DNA of 64,000 nucleotides from Leptospiraceae bacterium (GTDB lineage: Bacteria > Spirochaetota > Leptospiria > Leptospirales > Leptonemataceae). The notes beneath the pieces were generated by a model. The model did no database searches. It saw nothing but the letters and a program-made list of their open reading frames with translations, and was not told where the DNA came from. Below are positions 50,286-60,165 of the stretch, in pieces (the stretch's first letter is position 1; every line of letters starts with the position of its first letter). Made by a program: the position numbers and the translations under genes. Location: contig JAVJNR010000003.1 in NCBI GenBank assembly GCA_040217195.1, positions 352,001 through 416,000 of the forward strand, written 5' to 3'.

Positions 50286-50892
50286 GCACTCACCGAACGA
50301 ATCAAAGCATACGTTGATCATAGATGCCCATCCGGACCCGGAAAGCTTCAGCAGCGCCATCGCCCGAACTTCTCTGGAAACCCTGGGCCCGAACAATGCA
50401 ACAATACTGGAATTGAGAGACCTGAACTTTGATTTGAGCCTGAGGTATGGTTACCGAAAACGGATGGACCTGGAAGAAGATTTGCAGCAGGCCCAGCATC
50501 TGATTTCTGGAGCCAGGCATCTTATACTGGTGACTCCTGTATGGTGGGGCAGTGTCCCTGCGCTGCTAAAGGGCTTTTTGGACCGGGTTCTACTACCGGG
50601 TTTCGGTTTCAGATACAGGAAGAACTCAGCCCTGTGGGATAAGCTACTGAAGGGTCGCAGCGCACAGGTTTACATCACTATGGATTCCCCCTACTGGTGG
50701 TTTCGCTATGTCTACAAGAACCCCGCAATCAATATGCTCAAGAAAACTGTTCTAGAGTTCTGCGGATTCAGTCCTGTAAAAATTCGGGTTTTTGACCAGG
50801 TGAGATTTAGTGATACATCCAGACGACAGAGATGGCTGGAACGGGTGAGGAAGGAAAGCGGTGGTCTATTGCGACGGCGAATGTATGCTTAA
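50284..50892 (+). CDS. NAD(P)H-dependent quinone oxidoreductase (flavodoxin-2 fold)
   Basis: AHPDPESF, PVWWGSVPALLKGFLDRV, LEFCGF. Confidence 0.92.
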   Translation: MHSPNESKHTLIIDAHPDPESFSSAIARTSLETLGPNNATILELRDLNFDLSLRYGYRKRMDLEEDLQQAQHLISGARHLILVTPVWWGSVPALLKGFLDRVLLPGFGFRYRKNSALWDKLLKGRSAQVYITMDSPYWWFRYVYKNPAINMLKKTVLEFCGFSPVKIRVFDQVRFSDTSRRQRWLERVRKESGGLLRRRMYA

Positions 50893-51548
50893 TTCATACC
50901 ACCCAGATCCAGAATACGCATTACTTCTTCTCTAGATATCACTTCCTTACCTTTCAGATCTATACCCCTGGACTCCCACCATTCCTTCCTTTCATTTCTG
51001 GAATTTCTTTCCTTGCCAAAGCGTTTCCATAACTCTGAGGGAATCTTCGCAGACAGTAGATCTGCATCCCGTTCCAGAAATATCAGGTAATCCGTAAGTA
51101 AATCCAGGACCAGACGATGGTGATGATGAAAGAAACGAAAGATTTCTGATAACTGGCGATTCCCGGCTTCGCGACTGTAAAAGGCAGCCACTGCAAAACA
51201 GCGGGATGGAACCCTGGATTTCCAGGCCAGAGTTTCGGATTCACCGTTTATTCTGTCCAGGGCCAGGGCCATGGTAAAGTGTTCTCCATTTATGCGAGAA
51301 ACAGTGACGATGGGAGCATTCTGGCCTATGTAAGGATCATGCCTGCGAATCGTGGAGTCCAGTTCTTCCACGTCATCAAAAAGCAGGTCTTCAATCTGTT
51401 GTTGGTATTCCCTGTCCAGGTGCCGCGCAAGCATACCAGATAGATACACTGTGTGTTCTGATTCCAGGGATGCCTTTCTTTGCTGCAGGAATCGCTCCAA
51501 CAACATCAGGTGAACCCTGTATACAGACTTCCAGGCCGAATTGGTCAT
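50889..51548 (-). CDS. hypothetical protein
   Basis: 219-aa ORF with strong GAGGAGGGAG RBS; no family recognised. Confidence 0.7.
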   Translation of the reverse strand: MTNSAWKSVYRVHLMLLERFLQQRKASLESEHTVYLSGMLARHLDREYQQQIEDLLFDDVEELDSTIRRHDPYIGQNAPIVTVSRINGEHFTMALALDRINGESETLAWKSRVPSRCFAVAAFYSREAGNRQLSEIFRFFHHHHRLVLDLLTDYLIFLERDADLLSAKIPSELWKRFGKERNSRNERKEWWESRGIDLKGKEVISREEVMRILDLGGMN

Positions 51549-51774
51549 ACTCCCTCCTCAGGCCCTGCGGTTCTACCGGATGCACCGCAGTGCCTAACCG
51601 ATACGCCGATCCTGCGGCTCGCAGCGTTTGTACACTGCTATTCTAAGCATCGTCCTTGAGCGCTGAAAATCAAGAAAAAACAGACATCCAGTCATAGAAA
51701 GAATCAGCGATTTCGCTTTTTCGGAGGTTACAATTTCAATGGACGAAGTGAATTAGTTAAAAAAAGGATGAACT

Positions 51775-52062
51775 ATGGAAGGTCCATGTCCACACTGCAC
51801 AACGTCCGGTGAGTATGAAGTGCTACAGAAGTTGGATCCACAGGCCGAATTCTGCAGATGCCCATTCTGTCAGCGCACCTACCTTCTGGCGGAACTAAGT
51901 CTGGATGCAATGTGCATAGAAAGCATCGAACAACTCATCTGGAAGGAGATGGATGATCCACCATCCGGAGATGCTCTGGGCTATGTTCTGGAGAATAAGC
52001 CCTACTATGCTTCCTCTCATGGAGGTTCTTACCACCGAATAGACGCTCGGACTCAAGGGTAG
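51775..52062 (+). CDS. small zinc-ribbon-like hypothetical protein
   Basis: CPHC and CPFC pairs; AAGGA RBS. Confidence 0.65.
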   Translation: MEGPCPHCTTSGEYEVLQKLDPQAEFCRCPFCQRTYLLAELSLDAMCIESIEQLIWKEMDDPPSGDALGYVLENKPYYASSHGGSYHRIDARTQG

Positions 52063-52084
52063 TACCCATGAGACAGCAGAGAAA

Positions 52085-52102
52085 GGCCCTGCAAGCAGGG
52101 CC
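52085..52102. terminator. hairpin between convergent genes
   Basis: GGCCCTG-CAAG-CAGGGCC. Confidence 0.5.
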
Positions 52103-52108
52103 CTGGAA

Positions 52109-52513
52109 TCAGTATTTTACAACGCGGGGCAGTTTTTTTGCCTGATTGATCCAGTCCTGAATTTTTGATTCACCTGGCATTTGGCGGACCAGTTTTTTCT
52201 TTTCATTGGTCTTGGCCATGGACTCGTACAGGTTGGCAGCCTTTCTCTGGGCAAGCTCCACCACAGTATCAACTCCAGCTTCTTCGAGCAGATCGGAGTA
52301 TTCCTCGCCAACGCCTTTGATTCGCATAAGATCGGAGTGATTAACCCATTCGAGAATTAGCTTGGGAGACAGGCCGGAATCCTTTGCAATTGTCTTACGA
52401 CCTTCAGGTGTAGACCCTTTTTGTAGCAGATCCCCAATCGATCGTACACCGGCTTTTCGCAAAGTGTTAGCATACTTGGGGCCGATGCCTTCGATTTCTT
52501 CTAATTTTGCCAT
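52109..52513 (-). CDS. DUF4332 domain protein (helix-hairpin-helix repeats)
   Basis: IEGIGPKYA, WVNHSDLMRIKGVGEEYSDLLEEAGVDTV..ELAQR. Confidence 0.9.
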   Translation of the reverse strand: MAKLEEIEGIGPKYANTLRKAGVRSIGDLLQKGSTPEGRKTIAKDSGLSPKLILEWVNHSDLMRIKGVGEEYSDLLEEAGVDTVVELAQRKAANLYESMAKTNEKKKLVRQMPGESKIQDWINQAKKLPRVVKY

Positions 52514-52700
52514 CGTTTCAAACCTCGGGAAGTCAAATTTTACGTCATAGACGGTACGTTTCTTCAAAACTCAAACAGCTTTCGCCTATACGACGAAAAA
52601 TTGCGATGGTTCACGAATCTTTCATAAACAATTCTGCAAATTCTCCCTTTGACCAAAATAAACTTTGACATAGTTTACGAACCGGGTGCTCTTCTGCTTC

Positions 52701-53252
52701 ATGAAAGCATTTCTAAAATGGACCGGCATTGTGCTGGGCTCACTGATCGCTCTTTTCGTGCTCGTTGGACTCTTTTTGCCCGCGGAGTATTCGGCTTCTC
52801 GAAGCATCGAGATTCAAAAGCCCGTAGACCAGGTATTTCCTCTGGTAAACAGCTTGAAGGAACAACAGAAATGGTCCCCCTGGCGGGAAACAGATCCCAA
52901 TATGGAGATTAACTGGTCAGACAAGACTGTCGGTGAAGGGGCCAACTACAGCTGGAAGGGTCCTAAATCTGGCACCGGTTCCATGGAGATCGTGGAGAGC
53001 GTGGAAAACCAGAGCATAGATACGGCTCTGGATTTTCAGGAACAGGGTCAGGCCATGGCCAACTGGACATTCGAACCCATTTCTGAGGACTCGGTTAAAG
53101 TCACCTGGGCTTTCAGCGGCGATTCAGGATGGAACCTGATGGGCCGTTTTTTTGGACTGTTCATGGATTCATTGATCGGCCCCGATTTCGAAAGAGGATT
53201 GTCCAACTTGAAAAAGCTGGCGGAAACAGGCGAAGCAACCAATCAAATCTAA
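52701..53252 (+). CDS. SRPBCC/polyketide-cyclase-like membrane-anchored protein
   Basis: N-terminal TM, RSIEI, WSPW..DP, GPDFERGLSNLK. Confidence 0.88.
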   Translation: MKAFLKWTGIVLGSLIALFVLVGLFLPAEYSASRSIEIQKPVDQVFPLVNSLKEQQKWSPWRETDPNMEINWSDKTVGEGANYSWKGPKSGTGSMEIVESVENQSIDTALDFQEQGQAMANWTFEPISEDSVKVTWAFSGDSGWNLMGRFFGLFMDSLIGPDFERGLSNLKKLAETGEATNQI

Positions 53253-53371
53253 GCGCCAATCCTGCTGCATGCTCGAAGCCCACCCGGGAACCGAGCGTGC
53301 GCAGAACTGGATTGGGGCCCGGCATCCTTCATATTCAGTGAGCTGAAGGAATTTACGTTACAGAAACAATG

Positions 53372-54415
53372 TTAGTCGCAACTTGCATACATCACTTGAT
53401 TCGTGCCGTTACTGGATACAGCCAGAAATTTGCTATCTCCAAAAGTCACGGATCGCCATGCATTTGCCGCAGGGGGCGGTAAATCAGTCCAGTTGCTTCC
53501 ATCGATGGATGTCATGGCAGAACCTTGATCGGACACACCTACAAAAATCCCGCCGCCACCGGAAACTGAGCTCCACGTTTCCTGCACGGTGGAAGTGTGA
53601 CTGGTCCAGGAAGATGTATCCGCAGATCGCATTACCCGATCCACTCCATTGTTCGCTAAAGCCACGAACCGATTGGAATCGTGCCCCACAGCCAACCATT
53701 GGTTCCCCGCCGCTGGCATCACCGGAGTCCAGGAAGTTCCATCCGTAGACACAATGACCTGGTTCGTTCCATTTGTGGAGACAGCCACAAATTTACCGGA
53801 TCCAAACGTTATACTTCGCCAGATGTTGGCCTCCGGCGTGGCCACTGGATTCCAGCTCAGGCCATCCTCCGACCACATTGATTGATTCGTACCGGAGTCC
53901 GCCACCGCTACAAATCGACCATTTCCATAGGCAACCGCCTGCCAGGGATTTGCTTCTGGAGCCGCCACGGGGCTCCAGTTCTGGCCATCCGATGAAACCA
54001 TGATTCGGTTGGTTCCGGAATTTGACACAGCGACATACTTACCCTCACCAAATGTAACCCCCCTCCAGAGATTGTTCTCAGCGGCCGGATACGCAGACCA
54101 GCTCAATCCATCTGCAGAGTGCATTGTGTAATTAGTTCCTGCAATTGCCAGAGCCACAAAACCCGAGTCGCCGTGCGTAACAGTCCACCAGCTGTTTGCT
54201 TCTGCGGAAGGGACAGCCATCCAGACCAGATTATCATCGGTACAATCCACCGGAGCAAATAAAATCCCCAGCCATTGGTACAATGTCTCAGTTCTGCAGG
54301 ATGGATCATCGTATCGGCAAGGCAGATTACCCTGGCATTGAACCAGAAATGACAGGAATATCAGAACCAAGAACCCGCCCAGCGTCAAGAACCTACTCTT
54401 TGGTGTAACGAGCAT
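53372..54415 (-). CDS. beta-propeller repeat lipoprotein (W-x-x-V-x-F/YG-x-G-x-FVAV..S-x-DG-x-x-W repeats)
   Basis: Seven repeats of about 41 aa; signal ending LVQC. Confidence 0.88.
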   Translation of the reverse strand: MLVTPKSRFLTLGGFLVLIFLSFLVQCQGNLPCRYDDPSCRTETLYQWLGILFAPVDCTDDNLVWMAVPSAEANSWWTVTHGDSGFVALAIAGTNYTMHSADGLSWSAYPAAENNLWRGVTFGEGKYVAVSNSGTNRIMVSSDGQNWSPVAAPEANPWQAVAYGNGRFVAVADSGTNQSMWSEDGLSWNPVATPEANIWRSITFGSGKFVAVSTNGTNQVIVSTDGTSWTPVMPAAGNQWLAVGHDSNRFVALANNGVDRVMRSADTSSWTSHTSTVQETWSSVSGGGGIFVGVSDQGSAMTSIDGSNWTDLPPPAANAWRSVTFGDSKFLAVSSNGTNQVMYASCD

Positions 54416-54673
54416 TCCCTATCAGGGGATGCTGTTTACGGAATGTCAAATGATTGTGGGAAAATTTCCCTCAGTTCTATCAGGTTACAAGGGCAACCCA
54501 ACGCTGAGTATCTGGAATTACAGGGTTCTAACGTTAACGCTCACGCTACAAACGCCTTTATACGCGCTAAAGAGGGCCCACATCAGGGTCGATTAGTGCG
54601 CCTATTGTCCTTTCTCGATCAAACCGGGTAGAATGATTCTTCGGCAGTCTGCGAACACAGAAATCAGGCCAAC

Positions 54674-54867
54674 CATGCGCGCTCCTTCCATGTTAACCGG
54701 AACAGCCTGCACCGCAGGCTGTTTTATTGTATCCGTTCTTTCCAAGCTGAAAAGATTCTAATTTGAGACTTCTGCTTCCTGCAGAAGTCTCAATCATGCG
54801 CGCTCCTTCCAGGATAACCAGAGAAGCCTGCACCGCAGGCTGTTTTATTGTATCCGTTCTTTCCAAG
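54674..54867. repeat. 73-bp direct repeat (54674-54746, 54795-54867) flanking a 13-bp-stem hairpin
   Basis: 68/73 identical by manual alignment. The second copy includes the last codons and stop of the RND gene. TTGAGACTTCTGC/GCAGAAGTCTCAA inverted repeat at 54763-54793. Confidence 0.92.
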
Positions 54868-57800
54868 ACCGGCCCTTTAATATATAATACAGGACCGGAA
54901 AGACGATGAGGGTCAGAATCGAAGACAAGGCCAGGCCAAAGAAAATAGCAAAAGCAAGCCCGGCCCAAACCGGGTCCGAAGCAATCGTCAGAGATCCGAG
55001 CATAGTCGTGACTGTTGTTAGCATGATAGGTCGAAATCGAGTGGAGCCAGCCTCCACCAGAGCTTCCTCAAGGCCCATACCGGATCGTTTCAAATCATTT
55101 AAGTACTCGAGCAAGATAATAGAGTTATTCACAGCGATACCGGCCAGAGCGATGACGCCAATCATCGATGTTGCGGTAAAATAGATACCAGCTGTCCAGT
55201 CCAGTATCATGAATCCGGGCAAAACTCCAATAAGAGAAAGCGGAATGGTAGACATGATAATCATTGGCTCACGATAGCTACCGAACTGAGCCACAAGCAC
55301 CACATACACCAGGAAGATAGCCACACCCATGGCAATTCCAAGATCTCTAAAGACTTCCAGAGTCAGCTCCCATTCGCCGCCCATATTGATCTTAATCAGC
55401 CTTCCATCCGGCATGCGATAATCCGCACCAAAAAGGTTAAATGACTCCAATTTCGCGCCCGGGGCAGGCTCAAAATCTGCCAGCAAATACAGGATATCGA
55501 TTGCAGCGTAAGTAATGGAACGATCGCCCATGTCTCCCAATATGTAAAATGAATCCAGTCGGTTTTCCCTTTCCACAGGGATAGCCGTAGGTTCCTCTAC
55601 AACACGCACCATATCGCTCAATGGCACGCGAATTCCCAGGTCATTGAATAAAGATATACTCATGATATCTGGTATGGAATTACGATAGGATCGATCCATT
55701 CTCAGTACTATGTATTCCTGTTCTATGTTGCTAGAATTATGGTAAATCCCCAGTACAGCTCCGGAGTAGGCTGTATTGAGCGCCTGAACAATTTGGGCCG
55801 GGCCAATTCTCCTTCGTGTTGCAGCCGCATGATCTACTTTTAGAGAGACCGTAGTCTGCTGCTCCGGAATGGAAATGTCTGTATCAACTACTTCATCAAT
55901 CTTCTTGATCTCTGGATACAGCCTATTGGTAACCTGCTTTAGAAGAGCCTCATCGTAACCCTGAACTCGAACCAGCAATGTGGAGCGCACAGGAGGGCCT
56001 GGTGGGTCTTCTACAAACTTCAACTTTACCGGAACGTCAGGAATAAGCCTGGGTACATCAGCCAGGATCTCGGGTCGCAGCTTCAAAACCAGATCCTCCG
56101 ATTTGGTACTTCTGCTCTCCGGTTCGGTCAATCCTAAACGGATGGTACTCTGCCACGCTCTATTCCTGGCTTCCACTCCGCGAAACAATCCATTGAAATC
56201 CAGAATTGGTGGTCGCCCTGTGTAGCTCTGTAATTCAATGATCTCTGGATGCTGTATTAGCCTCTTCTCCAGAATTTGAGTCACTTCATTTGTTTTTTCA
56301 AGGGATGTTCCGGCGGGCAAATCAACGTATAGAAAGAATTGCTCCCGGTCCGCTTTCGGTAACATCCGAAACTTCACCAGAGTCAATGCAGGGAGTGCCA
56401 GAGAAAATAGCAGCGCAATACCAATTACGCTTAGACTTATTCTTCTGGCCCGTTTATCAATGAGTAATCGATGAAGATAATTCTGATAGGCGCGAAACAT
56501 TCCCTTACCGGTATCCGCCACAGAAAGTAAAAGGTCCGATACCTGGCCTGGCAGCCTCTCGACTATAGAGGGCCCCGAATTACCTCTGGGGCTGCGAAGT
56601 ATGAGACTGGCCATCCAGGGATTCAAAGAGTAGGCAAGAATCAGAGCGATTACGATGGCTGCCGGAACAAAGAATGGAATCGGCCCCATATAAGGCCCCA
56701 TCATTCCAGTAACAAATGCCATGGGAATAAAGGCCAGAACCGTAGTTACAGTGGCCATGAACAGACCCGGGCCCACCTCCGCCACAGCATCCACAATGAT
56801 TTCTTTTCTTTCCTGGAGAGCCAGAGCATCCGACTCGCCATCTCCACCGGCCGCTTTGAGTCGTCGCACAATGTTTTCTATGACTACAGTAGCGTTGTCC
56901 ACGAGCAAGCCCAGGGAAAGAATTAATGCAAATAGTGTAATTCTGTTGATAGTTAGTCCGGAGAATTGTGCCACTCCGAACACCGATGCCAGGGTTAGGG
57001 GAATGGAAATGGCCACCAGCAGGGCGGCTCGAACATCCAGAAAGAGTAAAAGGACAATAACAACGATTACGATGGCCGTAATCAGATTGGAGACCAGCCC
57101 TTGAATCTCTTTCTGGGCCGTTTTTCCTTCATTTACTATTATGCTCGATTCAATATTTGCCGGGATAAAGTTGTCATGCAGTTTCTGAAGGCTTGTTCGC
57201 ACAGCGTGCGTGACATCAGTAATATTTGCATCTTCAAGCTTGGCGATGCTTATAATGACTCCTGAATCTTCTGTGCGAATCTTACCATCTGCACCCTTCC
57301 TTACCAGACGAACATAGGAATCCACTTCCTGCACTGTCTCCACCACAGAAGCCACATCTTTCAATCTGGTTTGTCCAAAATCGCCGGTTACGACTACGAT
57401 GTTTTCCAGATCTTCTGGCTTACTTACAATACTTGTGACCTCCAGGGGGATGTAAGAATCGGCCGTCTTTATATCCCCTGCCGGAAGATATACATTGGAC
57501 CTCTGAAGAGCCTCTTTGATTTGCCCAATGCCGACGTTTTCCTTTCTGAGTCTTACAGGATCAAATTGAATGGCCAGCTCCCGATTCCGTCCGCCCACAA
57601 CTTCGATATTTCTCGCCCCCTGGACGGTGGTAAGTCGTTCCGCCAGACGATGCGCAAATTTACGCATCTCCACCGGCCCCACTTCGCTGGATTTCAGAGC
57701 TATTTGAATAACCGGCACATCGTCCGGATCGATGGAGCGAATAAATGGACCATCAACACCCAGAGGCGATAGATCCATATTACTCTGGATGCGATCGTTA

Positions 57801-58144
57801 AGAGCTGTCTTGGCTGCATTCGCATCTTCACCTACGTAGAAGTTTACGTTTACTATGGAGCGTCCGCCGGGCATGGAAACCGAGTATACATCTTCCACTC
57901 CCGGAACATCCAGAACTGTATTTTCCAGAGGTCGGGTTACCTGTTCCACCACCTCAGAACGGTCCGCTCCCGGGAAATCCACAACAATCTGAAAGGCCGG
58001 GGCTACAATCCGAGGGTTGTACTGTCGGGGTGTTGAGAAAAAAGAAATGCCACCCCAGATAAAGAGAGTGAATAAGATCAAGAGTGATAATCGACCATTA
58101 TTGACAAAGATCGACGCTAGCTTGCCCGTCCAATTACGTTCCAT
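54845..58144 (-). CDS. RND efflux transporter permease (AcrB/AcrD/AcrF family)
   Basis: GLLVDNATVVIENI, INRITLFAL, GMMGPYMGPIP, GIAVNNSIIL, RFRPIMLT; 1099 aa. Confidence 0.95.
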   Translation of the reverse strand: MERNWTGKLASIFVNNGRLSLLILFTLFIWGGISFFSTPRQYNPRIVAPAFQIVVDFPGADRSEVVEQVTRPLENTVLDVPGVEDVYSVSMPGGRSIVNVNFYVGEDANAAKTALNDRIQSNMDLSPLGVDGPFIRSIDPDDVPVIQIALKSSEVGPVEMRKFAHRLAERLTTVQGARNIEVVGGRNRELAIQFDPVRLRKENVGIGQIKEALQRSNVYLPAGDIKTADSYIPLEVTSIVSKPEDLENIVVVTGDFGQTRLKDVASVVETVQEVDSYVRLVRKGADGKIRTEDSGVIISIAKLEDANITDVTHAVRTSLQKLHDNFIPANIESSIIVNEGKTAQKEIQGLVSNLITAIVIVVIVLLLFLDVRAALLVAISIPLTLASVFGVAQFSGLTINRITLFALILSLGLLVDNATVVIENIVRRLKAAGGDGESDALALQERKEIIVDAVAEVGPGLFMATVTTVLAFIPMAFVTGMMGPYMGPIPFFVPAAIVIALILAYSLNPWMASLILRSPRGNSGPSIVERLPGQVSDLLLSVADTGKGMFRAYQNYLHRLLIDKRARRISLSVIGIALLFSLALPALTLVKFRMLPKADREQFFLYVDLPAGTSLEKTNEVTQILEKRLIQHPEIIELQSYTGRPPILDFNGLFRGVEARNRAWQSTIRLGLTEPESRSTKSEDLVLKLRPEILADVPRLIPDVPVKLKFVEDPPGPPVRSTLLVRVQGYDEALLKQVTNRLYPEIKKIDEVVDTDISIPEQQTTVSLKVDHAAATRRRIGPAQIVQALNTAYSGAVLGIYHNSSNIEQEYIVLRMDRSYRNSIPDIMSISLFNDLGIRVPLSDMVRVVEEPTAIPVERENRLDSFYILGDMGDRSITYAAIDILYLLADFEPAPGAKLESFNLFGADYRMPDGRLIKINMGGEWELTLEVFRDLGIAMGVAIFLVYVVLVAQFGSYREPMIIMSTIPLSLIGVLPGFMILDWTAGIYFTATSMIGVIALAGIAVNNSIILLEYLNDLKRSGMGLEEALVEAGSTRFRPIMLTTVTTMLGSLTIASDPVWAGLAFAIFFGLALSSILTLIVFPVLYYILKGRSWKERIQ

Positions 58145-58184
58145 TCAACCAATATGAAGAATACTTACCAGAAGTAAAGCACAA

Positions 58185-58203
58185 TATACCCCATGGGGGT
58201 ATA
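58185..58203. promoter_or_regulatory. CsoR/CstR-family operator-like palindrome
   Basis: TATACCCC-ATG-GGGGTATA perfect inverted repeat, 40 bp upstream of the RND start. Confidence 0.75.
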
Positions 58204-58293
58204 AGAGATTAAAAAATCTGAATTACTCCGGTCTGGATTGTATCATATAATTTGACCAGGAATTGATGCTGCACTGACGTCTTATTGGGGGCT

Positions 58294-58893
58294 ATGCCGA
58301 TTTCATTTTCCCGATTCAGTATGGCCGCCATTCTCACCACTTCCCTGGCCGCATCCTTCCATTGTAATAACTACAGAAAGGCCTTAAATAGCTACAATGA
58401 TGCGTTGCCTGAAAATGAAATACGAGCTCTCCGGGTAGTGCGAAATGAATTGAAGACTCGAGAATCAATTAGATCGGTTATACGGGTCATGAAGCGTAAC
58501 GGATTCAACGTTGCTATAGTCCAGATCCGGGGTCGTGGAGATGCAGTCTATAGCTCCAGGCTCATTAATCCGGCTCCTGGGATCGAACCTGGACTGGACC
58601 CCCTGCAGGAGTTCATAGAGCTTGCAACACCGGAAGGTATTGAGGTGCATGCCTGGGTAAATGTGTTTCTGGCAGCAGACCACCATACTCTCAGGAGAAA
58701 CGATCCGGAACATCTGATCAATACTCGGCGGGACTGTTTTTTGAAGGATCGACAAGGCCGGTCCATGCTGGATTACACACGGAATGATCTGAAGGAGGCG
58801 AATGTTGAGGGAGCCTTCCTGGTTTATCCGGGCGGCTACTTTCAAAGAAAGCAGAAAGACACGGTTTTCATGAAAAGTTCGCATTACCAGTAA
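58294..58893 (+). pseudogene. truncated GHL10/DUF187-like glycoside hydrolase
   Basis: QIRGRGDAVYSS, DPLQEFIE..GIEVHAWVN match the family N-terminus. The ORF ends at about 200 aa, before the expected catalytic DD(Y/I) region. Confidence 0.65.
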
Positions 58894-59153
58894 ATTCAGG
58901 CATGCTTGCTCGTTAGGACTCCACGCTCCATGAATTAATATGAAGCAACTCAGAAGACACAATCGGTAACTTTGCCACGGCGGAAATCGCAGGCGGGAAA
59001 CCAGCGCGGTTTTCCCGGCCTGAATAACATGTACCCATTAGCAGCCATAGCGCGAAAAAAAGCCCGGCAAGCGAGGAATTGGTGTTCCAGACTTGCCTTA
59101 GCTTTCGTTCTTAGTGGATCCGTTACATCTGAATCCTGCGAACCATCCACCAT

Positions 59154-60080
59154 TCATCTTTGATGGCCAAAGATCACTCTAACTTCAGGAAACCGATTCG
59201 AGAAATCCCGTAGCTTCTGCAAACTCTTTACAGCTTGCTCCCTGTCCGATACCCATCCAGGTTCAATTCCGTTTTCGAATCCAGTCCGGGTATGTGATGC
59301 ATCTCCAGTGAGTAGCACTGGACCTTCGTCCGTTACCACCAGATAGGACAGATGCTCCTGCGAATGGCCAGGGGTATGAATGGCCCAGAAGCTACCATCT
59401 CCAAAGACATCCAGGCAGGTCCCGAGAACTGGCATTTCAACACCTTTTCGCACAGGCAATTCCAGCAAAGACTCTACACGGTCGAGATGATCGCCTTGAT
59501 ACAACAGCCATAAATTGATGTAAGGTTCGCCCTCTGCCACGTAGAAATCCAGGTTCTTCAGTTCCGGGTCTCCTGAAATGGCCGGAATACCGGATGAATG
59601 ATCCCCATGAAGATGTGTAAAAAACACCCCCTGCAGCCTCGATTTTCGGTTATCCTTGTTCAGATGCGAAAGTATATCCGTTCCCTGTTTCTGTCGGCTG
59701 GAAATAATGTAACTGCTGGCCAGCAGCCCATGGACATTCCCTGGCCTGCCCTGCCCAAAGCTGGTGTCCAGACCAGAATCGATCATAAAACAGCCCCGCA
59801 CTTTATGGCAAAACCAGAATGCATAGACGTCCACAAACATTGTTTCTGCTTCGCCTGGGTCCAGCTCTCTGTTGAGCATTCCATTGACCGGCACTTCAAC
59901 CTCACCGGTATGAAATACCTGAAAATCCACGATTCTCGATTGCTCTTGAAATACAATGTTCCAGTCCGAAAAATCTGATCCCCGAGGCACCTCCGCTTGC
60001 TGTCTTCTGGGCTCACCTACGGTGCACTGCAGCAACAATAGTAGCAATAGTAATAATGTTCCGATGAGTATTCTATTCAT
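59154..60080 (-). CDS. exported MBL-fold metallohydrolase (AHL-lactonase-like)
   Basis: THLHGDHSSG, TPGHS, GDASH, terminal GH; LLLLLLQC lipoprotein signal; AGGAG RBS. Confidence 0.88.
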   Translation of the reverse strand: MNRILIGTLLLLLLLLLQCTVGEPRRQQAEVPRGSDFSDWNIVFQEQSRIVDFQVFHTGEVEVPVNGMLNRELDPGEAETMFVDVYAFWFCHKVRGCFMIDSGLDTSFGQGRPGNVHGLLASSYIISSRQKQGTDILSHLNKDNRKSRLQGVFFTHLHGDHSSGIPAISGDPELKNLDFYVAEGEPYINLWLLYQGDHLDRVESLLELPVRKGVEMPVLGTCLDVFGDGSFWAIHTPGHSQEHLSYLVVTDEGPVLLTGDASHTRTGFENGIEPGWVSDREQAVKSLQKLRDFSNRFPEVRVIFGHQR

Positions 60081-60165
60081 TGGGTTTCTCCTTATTGGTA
60101 TTCCAATTATACACTGACCCGCCGTATTCCCATAGGACTGTAGATACATGCCAGTGTGACCTGGG

